This document shows positions 15,701-27,700 of a DNA stretch of 64,000 bases, piece after piece. The position numbers and the translations under genes are program-made. The DNA lies in contig NC_086097.1 in NCBI RefSeq assembly GCF_963921235.1, forward strand, positions 49,416,001-49,480,000. The letters are read 5' to 3'. The notes under the pieces were generated by a model. That model searched no databases. It saw only the letters and a list, made by a program, of their open reading frames with translations, and was not told the origin of the DNA. This DNA is from Mobula hypostoma (taxonomy: Eukaryota). Within the stretch, counting starts at the first letter, position 1. Each line of letters starts with the position of its first letter.

Positions 15701-18700
15701 ATACCCCCTGCTCCTCCTCTCCCGGGCACTGTTGGATCTCCCCCTCCTCCCCATGCTCCTCCTCTCCCTGGCACTGGTGGTGTGCCCCCTCCTCCTGCCC
15801 CTCCTCTCCCTGGCACTGGTGGTGTGCCCCCTCCTCCTCCTCCACCTCCTCTCCCTGGCACTGGTGGTCCACCCCCTCCTCCCCCTCTGTTCCCTGGTGG
15901 TATTCCACCTCCACCACCTCCACCGGGCTCATTTAATGATGCACCCATTGTGGCCTCCCGATCAGCAAATCAACTATATTCTTGTGGTCCACCTCTCCAG
16001 CAACCAAAATTACGGATGAAAAAGCTCAACTGGCAAAAAATCTCCCCAAAAATGGCCACAGGTACTGTAAGTCTGAGAACAAGCTTTCTATAAATAACTT
16101 GTTATGCAATCTTGAAGGATGGTAGTAAAATTTAAAGTTCAATGGACAGGAGTGCAATGAAAAGTACCTACATGTTTCAGCTAACTGTGGTGCTGATGGG
16201 CAAGTTGAAAATGGAATTACCATGATACAGTGAAAAGCTTGTCTTGCATACTGTTCTTAATGATCCATTCATTACATGGTACTCTGATGTATAAAGTAAA
16301 ACAATATCAAAATGCAGAATAAAGAGTAACAGCTAAGGGAAAGTATAGTGTAAGTAGACAACAAGGTGCAAGGCCATAACAAGTTGCTCATGTGTGTACT
16401 TGGTTGCAGTTTCAGGACTGGGGATTAGTATTCAATTTCATTCAGTAGCACAGCAGATCCTCTGCATTACAAGATCCAGCAGCATTTTAAATTAATCTAT
16501 CATGGTTTGACTCTTTATGACAAAATACTGAAAACCAACTTTGAGCTCTCTTATCCTCCCACCATTTATTTAGTTTGCGCTTGTTCCAGTCAGCGTATGG
16601 GTATGTATTGGTGTTTCATTTCTTGCAGAATATCTTGTAATATTCTGGCCACTTATCTACCCAGTCCCCAACTTAACCAAGACTTTAACTGGCTTAATGC
16701 TCAAGTTTAGAAGTTTGCTTCTCCAGGGTCTAGGTTTGTGCCTACACAGTCTCATTTTTGAATGTAAATGAACTATGAACACGGCCACTCGCTAGTATTT
16801 TGTTTAGAGAATTAATCAGAACAAAACCAAATCTCGACTGTCTGGAAAATTTCCTGATATACTAAGTCAGAAAGGCAATGTAAAATTTCACAGTTCTAAG
16901 TACTTTGCATTCACCAGGCCATACATATAGTAGCCTGTCCCATTTCCCATTCTGTGTCTGTGTCAAAGAAATTCTTACTACAATTTTCCCTTCAATGTTG
17001 ATCTTACAGTCTTAAAACCCAGGACTCAACTGGAGCATTTTCTGATTACTTTCATCTAGAAAGGATGAGAAGTCCTTCAGAGAGTTCAGGAAAGATTTGA
17101 TGGAATACTTCTAGTGACTGCAAATACAAAATAAAAATGGGAGAATCCATGGTTTGCTTAGGACCAGAGAAGGTTGAAAAGAAATCTAATGGTATCCAAA
17201 ATTGTAGGAGATTTAAAGCAATTAAACAGAAAGAGATGTTTCTATTATCAGAGTGTTCAAGGACACTAATTGGCCAAAGATATAGAGATGGCAAGAGAAA
17301 GTGTAGTGGTTCAGTTGTGATTTTTCTAAAAAAGAAACAGATTAATGTTAAAGGTTTAAAAATTACAAGACTGTAGTGAAAGTGTTAAAATAATTTGATA
17401 GATCATAATTTTATATCAGCTTATTGTATAGAAATAATAAATCAGAAGGTGTACTTCTATGCTGCATCAACCTTAGTTTGCAAAGATCCCCTGGGTACAT
17501 GACAATTGCTGATGATGAATCTGCTCTATGCATCATGTCTAAGAAAAGTTACACCTGTGAGGAAGCTAAAACTTGAAGAGTAGAGATTACAATTGGAGGA
17601 CAGCAGTTGGTGTTGGTGAGCTGGTTATCAGTGACGGGCATGTTATCCTTGCATTCACTTGGCAGCAGTTTCAAGATAGTTTTTTTTGTAATCAATATGA
17701 AAGTGTCTTGCTATTGTGTCCAGGAATTTTGCAGAGAATAGAGACACGTGTGTTAAGAGAACATGCAACTTTTTTATATCAGTCTTTCGATTCAGCCCAA
17801 CTTGTATAGGAAAATCTTTATTTCTTTCTCCCTTTTGGAAGTCTGTTTGTTTTTTTTTCCCCAGAGAACAATTCTTTGTGGTCATCTATCCATCGAGCTG
17901 CTGCATCATCTTTGGATCCAGACTATGCCAGTATTGAAAAACTCTTCTGCTTTCCCATATCAGAACCAAAAAAGAAACAGCAAAATGTGTCAAAAAAGGA
18001 ACCAAAGGAGGTAAATAAAATGCTGAAAATCAAAAAACAAGAATGTTAGAAGTGAGCTTAAGAAAGTGAAGTAAATCTATAAAGCTTGTTGAGGGAACTA
18101 AGAAAGAATCAGGAGAATGATTTAAGCACAGCTCTCTAGTTATACCTTCTCATTTCTGGCAGATCACATTTCTGGACTCAAGGAAAAGCCTTAATTTGAA
18201 CATATTTTTAAAGCAATTCAAATGGTAAGTTACACTTCGGGCTGCCTTGCACAATTCCCACTGATTTGACGCAAATAACACCTTTCACTGTATGTTTCAA
18301 TCTTTTGATGTACACGTGATAAGTAAAGCTAATCTTTGATCTAATCTTTAAATGCAACTGTTATTCGCATGCAGTTAATTCCACTGGCAATGTTTCCAAT
18401 ATTAAGTAATTAAACTACATTCTTAACTGGCTTGGCCTCTTCCTTTGCAATCAGTTGCTGATAAAGCATAGATGTATTTTAGATTTACCCGTGTAACTCT
18501 GCTGTCGTACCTCCTCCTCGTAGGACAAGCCTGCATATGTCCATGTTTTATTTACCAGAGGACAGCTGAATGCTAGTGGTTCCCTGTAAAACTATTGACA
18601 AAACCAGCACAGTCAGTCCATTAGTGGTAACAATTACCTACTAGAAGTTTGACTCTTGGATTTTTGATATAATGACAAGTTCCAATTGCAATATTCTTTC

Positions 18701-21700
18701 AGTTCTGATGAAGAAGTGGCTAACATGATCAGAACTGGAGACCGATCAAAATTCGATGTAGAGTGTTTGAAGCAACTCCAGAAGTTACTCCCAGAGAATC
18801 ATGAGGTTAGTTGACAAAGCAGTAAATGCCAGCTCTGATGTTCTAGAAGATCCATTTTAATCTGACCAAACTCTTATTTCCTTGTTCCATGTGCAGATAG
18901 AAAATATAAAGGCATACAAAGGAGAGAAGGAGAAATTAGCAAGTGCTGATCATTTCTACCTTGTGCTGCTTGATATTCCCAGGTGTGTATCATGATGCCA
19001 CTTGAGCACGCAAGTTCATGATTCTGTTATGAATCTCTTTCCAAACGCATCAATTTGCTAATTGCTTATCCAGCTACATTTATCTAGAAATGATGTTGCA
19101 ACTCAATATTGTCATTAGAAACTGGTCTTCCATAATCATGCAAATATTTAATTTGAAAGGACCGCCTAGCCTCCTGTACCTAATAAAGTGGCCACTGTGT
19201 ATATGTTTGTCATTTTCTGCTGCTGTAGTCCATTCATTTCAAGGTTTAACGTGTTGTGTGTTCAGCGATGATCTTCTGCACATCACTGTTGTAATTATTT
19301 GTAACCACTATTGCCTTCCTGTCAGCTTGAACCATTCAGGGCATTCTCTGCTGGCCTCTGTCATTAAGAAAGTGTTTTGCCCACAAATCTGCCACTCACT
19401 TTACGCTTTTTTTTTGTTTTCCGCACCATTCTCTGTAAACTCTGGAGAATATTGTGTGTGAAAGTCCCAAGAGATTAGCAATTTCTGAGATACTCCAACT
19501 ACGCCATCTGGCACCATCAGTCATTCACAGTCAGTCACTTAAATCATATTTCTTCCCCATTCTAATGTTTGGTCTGACCAACAAGTGAACTACATGACCA
19601 TGTCTGCATTTTTTTTTGTGCATTGAGTTGCTGCCACATGATTGGCTGATTATGTATTTATATTGATGAGCAGGTGTACCTGTACCTAATAAAGGGGCTA
19701 CTGAATGTAAGATTTAATCTTTCAAAGTTTGCCAGTAAATAGAACTATATAAGAAGAGGAATTCATGAAGTTATCAAGAAAAAGAGAAAAAGGGCCAGGG
19801 GCAGGTACAGGAGAGAAGAACTTATCATATATAAACAACCAGACGTGGAAAGAGATAAATTTGAATTTTGTTTGATTTACAATAAATCCTTACTCAAACC
19901 TCGACTGTGTTCCAATTTTCACACTGAGGGTTTTAACTTTTGTTATCTATAGTGAAATACTATACCTGAACAGAAAGAGGAATAAATAATGAATGGAAAA
20001 ATATTTCCCAAGTTGCACTGTCAGAATCCTAACCATTAAAAACTTAATGAAAATGTATTTATTATAAATATTTCTTTTACTTTTCTTGCACTAAATATGT
20101 AACACACTGACAATATCAACAGAAAAGCAATGCAACAAGAAAATCCCAATGTTAGGCAGCCCAATACCACCAAGATATCAACTGGAACTTTCATGTAGAG
20201 TTGTAGCACAATTATTTTGCTAACTATTTTGTCTGAATTATGTCCACATTCGGTATGGATCTGAGGTGTACATTTTTTTCTACATTCCAAATCACTTAAT
20301 GTAATTTCATTTCCATTTACTACAAAAAAAGTCTTTTGTTATCAGAGATCTAACACTAACATATAGCAAATTAAATGTGCTATATAATGACTAAAGTGAA
20401 TACTGTTGCTTTATTTCTTTAAAATACAAAAAAGTATTTTGGAAGTGAGATTAAAGACATTTTGGTCTCCAAAGTAAAATATTGTTTCTATATATAATTT
20501 TCCATAATAATTTTGAAATCTGTTCAATCTATTTAATTCCTGAAGAATTAGGCAAACAGAGCAAAATTCAAATATTGTATTTCATATTACATATAGGTAC
20601 CAATTATATTAATTTTTATAGTATTTCCGTGATTCAAGAATATGTGAAATAATGGTATTCCTGGCATTTTTTTTTACGTTTTGCTTTTCTTTTTGGTTCC
20701 TTACCAAACAGTTTTTTCTTCAAATGTTAAAAAATAAATAGTAATTTAAAAAATGTTAATTTAGTAATACCTGTTTTACTCTCCAGTTTGTCTCTTTGTT
20801 TTTGTTTAAGTCATTGTTTTGGCATCTTTCAAAAAGGAAAGATTACTTCTAGTTGCATAACTCTTTGAGACGTGTAAAGTTTTGACTGTTCCTGTCCAGA
20901 TTAACACTCTGTGCTCTTCTTTTGTTCCTTGATCAACCACAGCTATCAGCTAAGGATTGATTGCATGTTTCTGTGTGAAGAGGCAGCTGTTGCCCTGCAA
21001 ATGCTCCGTCCAAAAGGAGAATTAATTAAAACTGCTTGTCAAGGTAAATCAATTGGACTATATCAGTAAATATGGTTCTGCTCAGGTTACAAAATAAAAC
21101 TGCAGAACTCACAGACAGTTGAGCAACATTGTGATTGGTCAGAAATTGGGAAACTAGTGGCATCATTTATGTGATTTGATGCAATTTAATCTGACAGAGT
21201 GCTCACTTGTGAATATATTTCCATAATTATATGTTGCCCATTCACAATATTGACATGTATGTCACAATACTTATTCTAAAAAGATTCATAAATGGGTCTT
21301 TAATGCTGAGATAAAATCCTGTACTCTGTCTCAAATACTGCTCAACTCATTGTCTGTTTCTATGTAACTTTATGACTTGGCTCCTTTTTATTTAATTCTA
21401 ATAATATTTTCATTTATTTGCTTTTTGCATTGATAATTCCAAGTAAAAAATGTAATGATAAAGCTTTAATACTAGCCTGCTCACTTTTAAAAGCAAATAT
21501 AAATACTATTGCTAAGTGTGTCTTTTGTAGGTTAATAGATATGTGTATAAATAATATATAACTGAACTGTTGCAAAGCAGTAAAAACAATTGTAAAACAA
21601 AAGCTGAGATTGACCAATACAAGCAAGTATTAGTGGAGGAAACTTAAAGTATGGCCTGGGTTTTAAATTGTAACTGAAATGAGAGGGGTAGAAAGATTTG

Positions 21701-24700
21701 GGGGTGGCTTGGGTTGAATCCTGGGGATCCAGGCCCAAGCACAGCTACCAACTATTGAACAGAATGGGAGTCAGGAATGTGCACAAATCCTTCCAAGGAG
21801 GAACTATAGATGTTGGAACTGAAGGAGATGACAGGAATGAGGAATGGGGAAGCCATGGAGGATTTGAAAATGTGGGGAGGGTTTCAAAATTAAATTATGA
21901 ATGAGAATTGGTGGAAGTTAGGACATAGGACATGTGTGTATGTGTGTGTTGCTGACATAACTGGAGCTTAATTCCCTATAAACTTTTACAAGCAGAAAAT
22001 TCTGTGAATGCTTGTCACATCAGACAGCATCTGTGGAGAAAGAAATGGTAAAAGTTTCAGATCAGTGATGCTGTTTTCTGCTTTTATATAGATTTACTTT
22101 CTGCTACGAGACTGCCACTCTTCTGTGAACTCATTCTTAAAGTTGGAAACTTTCTGAATTACGTATGTATTCAATGAGCTACAGAATATACTGGTTTTGA
22201 TATGTAACAAGAATTATTAATCAATATCTAAAATTCATAAGGATGGATAATTCCCCAGGATCAGATGAAATCTATTCCAGAAAGATTTGGGATATAAAAC
22301 GAGATTGCTATACCCTAACAAAGATTTCTGCAGCTTTGTTAGTCATAGGCAAGGTAACAGAAGAATGGAGGATAGCTAATGTTGTTCTTTGATTTAACAA
22401 AGGCAGCAAAGATAGTCCAAGTAGTTATTGAACAGACTGGATAGGCTGGAGTGAAGGAGGTTGAAGGGTGACCTTATTAAGGTTTATAAGATGATGAGTA
22501 CAGAAAAGTGAGATAGTAACAGTCCTTGCCCAGAGCTGAGGAGTTTAACATTAGACTTCCCAACACTGGCAGGGGTGTAGGGGAACCGTGTTACCTCTCT
22601 GAGGGTATAGGTGTCAGGCTCAATTTAAAGAAGATCTGAGGGGTAAATTTTTCTCACAGAAGGTAATGGGTATGTAGATCAACTGCTAGAGGAGGTGGTA
22701 GATGCTGCTATTTTTTACAAATCTTAAAATACATTTGGACAGGTACATGAATAGAGAAAATAATAGAGGATATGGGCCAAATGCCCATTGTTTTTATGAA
22801 TAAGTTGGGTTCAAGGACCTGTTTTCATGCTATGTAGCTGTATGAATTGATTAAATGGAAAGAGACCCTTGCATAGGCAGTCAGGAAATTCTTGGAGAAA
22901 ATTCTAAGGGACAGGAATTACCTTCACTTGGAAATGAAACAATTGCTTAGGGATAGTCATCATAACTTTGAGTGGAGTATCATGCTTCACTAATTTCATT
23001 GAGTTTTTTTGAGGTAAACAAGGAGATTGATTGTAAAATAGTAGATGATATCTATATGAACTTTAGTAAGCCATTTAGCAAAGTTAAAGCACATAGGAAC
23101 CAGGGTGAGCTGGCTAATTGGATCTTAAGTTAGCTAGATGATGGGAGGAAGAAAATAGTCGTGAAGTGATGATTTTCTGATTGGAAGTCTGACATTAGTG
23201 ATGTACAACAGGGATTGATGTTGAGATCTTTACTGTTTGTTATATAAATTAATGGCTTGGATGTGGATGTAGGAGGTATGATTAATAAAATATGTAAATG
23301 ACACAGAAGTTGTTGGTATAGTGAATAACGAGGAAGGTTCACAACTGGTCTATGTCCTGCTCTAAGGCTATAACAGGACATAGATCAGTTGAAAAGTTGA
23401 GCAGAGCACTGGCAGATGAAACTTAATCCCAACAAATCTGAGGTGATGCATCTGTAAAGCCAAATATTGGTAGGACATGTACAGTAAATGGATAGCGCAC
23501 TAAGGAATATTAATGAACAGAGACAGCAGGAGGGATCCAAGTCCACGGTTTCGGAAATAGGCCACACAGGTGAACAGGATGGTGAAGAAGGCATATTTCC
23601 TACCCTTTTTTTTTCATAATTTGGTGCATAGGATAAAGAGTTGATACTTTATGCTGCAACCTTTCAAAACTCTAGTAAGGCACACCAGGAGTATTGTACA
23701 CAGGGGAAATATGGGACAAGGGCAATCCCGTATGGGACAAACCAATTTAGCCCAATATACGGGATGTCCCAGCTACGGGACAGTTGGCAACCCTGGGGGT
23801 GGGGGGGGGGTGTTAATCACGACTGGCATATAGGTGATAAGTCAACTATAAGTCACTTATAAGTGGCTAATACACTCAATTTCGTTTATAAAAGGGTTTA
23901 TCTAACGAATTTAATATTAAACTCACAGCACATATTTTCCTCGCATGAATATAGCGATAAGTCAATTATAAGTCACTTATGAGTCAATAGCATCATCGCA
24001 TTTTAAGTAACGTTTGGATATTAAACACACAGCACATATTTTCCTCGTATGAACATATAAAATCATTGCAACACACCAATATCGCTGAATCAGTGGGAGC
24101 CCTGGGTTTGTTTCCCTGCAACAAGACGGTCCCATCGAGGGGTGATGGGAGACAGCGATACTCGAAGGGGGTTCCTTATGTCCAGTCTATTCCGCAAATT
24201 AGTTTTTGTTGCATTCATTGCAGAGATATGTTGGAAATGGAAGCAACGTTTTCAGTGCTTTCGTGGCTATCTCAGGATATTTAGCCTTGACTTTGATCCA
24301 GAATGCCGGCAGAGATGTTATGTCAAACATACTTTTCAGCCCATTATCATTTGCAAGCTCGAGGAGTTGATCATCTTCCCGCGCTGACATGGATGACGTG
24401 TGCGTAATGACCTCCCATGCGTACAAGTTCAACATTGCGTGACAGGGAACGAGGAAGGGTGCAGCTGACTCGTATTGCCAAATCATATCGTTTCCTCACG
24501 GCCCGGTAGCACATGCTTTGCGGCCCAGTGGTTGGGGACCACTGATCTTATGGATAGGTTATTTTTACACAGAGAACATCATAGTATCAAAGCATCACAC
24601 ACACCGAAACGGGCCCTTTTGTGCATGCCCATCGTCATGCCTACCTACTCTAGTCTCATTTTCCTCATTTCCTTTCCTATCCCTGTACCTGTCCAGATGC

Positions 24701-27700
24701 TGCTTAAATGCTGCAATTATACCTACCTCTTTCACCTCCTCTGGCAGCTTGTACCACATACCCACTACACTCTGTGTGGAACATCTTTTCTCTCAGATCC
24801 CCTTTAATATGCCCCTCGCCATTTTATAAAACTCATTAAGGTTTTCACAATCTCTTGCATCTTAGCCTTTTTACCCTCTCACCGTAACTGAAGCCCTCCA
24901 TTCTGCCAACTTCCTGGTGAATTTCTTCTGCACTCTTTCTGTCTCTATCTCATCATTTCTACAGTAACACATACAAAATGAGAGGAACTCTGCAAGTCAG
25001 GCAGTGTCTATGAAGGGCAATGAGCACTCAATGTTCCGGGCCAAGAATCTGGACATTATTTCTGTATTATGGCAATCTCAGTGCTAAAGTGGATATCTAG
25101 AACATGCTACCAGAGGAGATACTGGAATCAGATGCAATTATACATTTAAGAGATATTTAGACAGTCAAATTGGCAAGGCCTAAAAATTATGGATGAATGG
25201 AAACACTGTAGCTGGGCTGAAAGGTTGGTGTGAACATGGAGGACAGTAGCCATTTCTGTGCTTTATGACTCTATGCCTTGCTGATTTTATGATCATTGAT
25301 TCTCCCTAAAAATACTGGGTACAGCACAGCCAGTGGAGAGACAGAAATCGTCCCATAACTACTGGTTTTCTCTATTTAATGATGTGTTTAAATCATAAAT
25401 TTTAGAGGCTTCACTGTGGAATGATGTAACATGCTGGCTTCTTGTTACTAAAGTTACAAGCAGGCCATTGTCAAAAATGGTAAATTACAGAGATGCATTG
25501 CCACAAATTTTACTCCTCCAACATAGTATATTTTCAATAAACTAATGAGAACGAAGTCTATGATTGTGAAACATGGCCTATCCCAGACTGTGTCCAATAT
25601 TAGGAAAAGAACAATGTATTCTGTGTTTATTGTTAATGCATCTAATATTCATTTGTATTAATGTTAATCTATCTCCTCTTTCTTGTACTCCATCAGGGCA
25701 GTCACACAGGAGATGCAAAGGGATTTAAAATAAATACCCTACTAAAACTGACTGAGACAAAAGCCAACCAATCCCGGATCACATTGTTGCATCATATGAT
25801 AGAGGTGATGCCTTATAATTGTTGCATTTTATTTTGTTGTTATTTGATTTTTTTTAAATATCTAACCATTTTTTAAAATTTTAAATGGGAAAGGAAGCTG
25901 AAAATTTCCATCCAGACCTTCTGAATCTTCCAGATGACCTGGAAAGCATTTCACAAGCAGGAGGGTAAGAAATGCATTTGAAAGCTGTTTCTGTTTGTAA
26001 CAATGCCGATCTTTTGCTAAATAGTGAGAACTATTTTTTTTACTGAACAACAAGTGAAAAGCAGAACCCAGTACTGGCCAACAAGACACAAGAAATTCCT
26101 GATGTTATTCAAATAACACCTCACTATTATTTGTCCAACAGTTTGGAAAGGAATATTTATAGGAAAATTGTGGACTGTAGTTTTCAAGGAATAAAACAAT
26201 TCATTCCTTATGTAAGTCCTACATCTGGTGACTGGTAAGGAAGAAAAATCCCAAAGCCACTGATATTTGTAGTAAGCCTGTAATGGGAGGGAAGCATGCC
26301 AAGATCCTCTGGCTAATTAAAGGAACATAGAATTCCAAAGTTTATATTCTCCAAAGAATAGAATCTCAATTATTCTCAGGAACCAATATTGCTGGTGTGC
26401 ATAAGAGTAATGGATGATTATCTATTTTCAATCAGTTGCTAAGATTGTTTTGTCAAGATTGTTATGCTGTTGTGATATGTGTCCCACATCTCCATTCTGC
26501 ATCTTTTCCCTCTTCCTCATCCTTAAATACCCCCACCTTGCTATGTTTGATTAATCCTTAAAGACCTGCCCTATCTTTATAATATTTACTGACAGGATTA
26601 GCGTGGAATCGCTTCAAGCTGATACAATTAATCTGTTGGAACGCCTCAAGAAAACTAGTGGCATTCTCAAATCATCCATTGATGATATAAAATTACAGTT
26701 TGACAAACCCATCCAAGTAAGTAAAACATCAACCCTAAATAATTTGACAGCTTATTATAAAATTGATTTTTACAAATATGTATATAACCTACTATTTCAG
26801 GAAAGTCTGTCTGCAACAACTGAACTGAAGCAAATTCTAGAAGAGATCGAGGCAGAGAGAAAGAAACTGGCTCTGTACTTTTGTGATGACATTGGAAAAT
26901 TTTCACTGGAAGAGCTCTTCAAAACTATCAAAACATTCAGAGATTATTTCCTGAAAGCAATGAAGGTAATTATTCATGACCTTACTGAATGAATCTCACT
27001 TTTGCAAACTAACTATAACGTCTTTGTATATCAATTGATTTGAAGATCTTTATTTAAGACTGCATAAATTGACTTGCAATGAGTTCTAATATAGTCATAC
27101 AGAATACTGAGTGATTCTTACAAAAGGTAAAATCTGAAGCACTATTTAATGGATATCTTATGACATTACCGTGGTAGTCATGTTTCAGCACACTTGTCTT
27201 ACAAATGTGCTGAAATATTAAAAGACGTGACCTGTGGTTAGTTGGGCTGCAATGTACCGATTGTTAGCCATAAATGGCATGGGGAATTACAGGCCAACTG
27301 AAGAGTTCAGCCTTGCAATATATAGCTTGGGAACAAGCTGGAAGTCCGATGCCAAAATATTAGCCTCCCACTCTGCTGGTGGAATCGGTTACAAATCCAG
27401 AGCAGAACACAACAGTCTTGAGATGATGGTTTCATACAATTAGCGCCTGCCCCTTGGCTTGAGCTAGTATTGGGTTACACATGGTGTGACCCCATGCATT
27501 CTCTGGAAAAAATTGAATTGACTTTAATTCTTACATCCTTCACATACGCGAGGAGTAAAAATCTTTACGTTACATCTCTGTCTAAATGTGCAAATTATAA
27601 TAATTTGTAATAAATAGTATGAACAGTAAGATATACAACAGAACAGTCAATATAGCTTAGAAATACAATTGTATCAGGGTGAAGTAATCAGTCTCATGGC

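Noticed and set aside
15478..16019. Gly-rich, Glu-rich and Leu-rich ORFs (15478..15948 -, 15576..15932 -, 15681..16019 +)
   Set aside because: They are antisense or alternative-frame shadows of the FH1 polyproline repeat.
23820..24060. Direct repeats with spacers as a CRISPR-like array
   Set aside because: Only two or three imperfect internal duplications within a hAT element; eukaryotic context and no cas genes.
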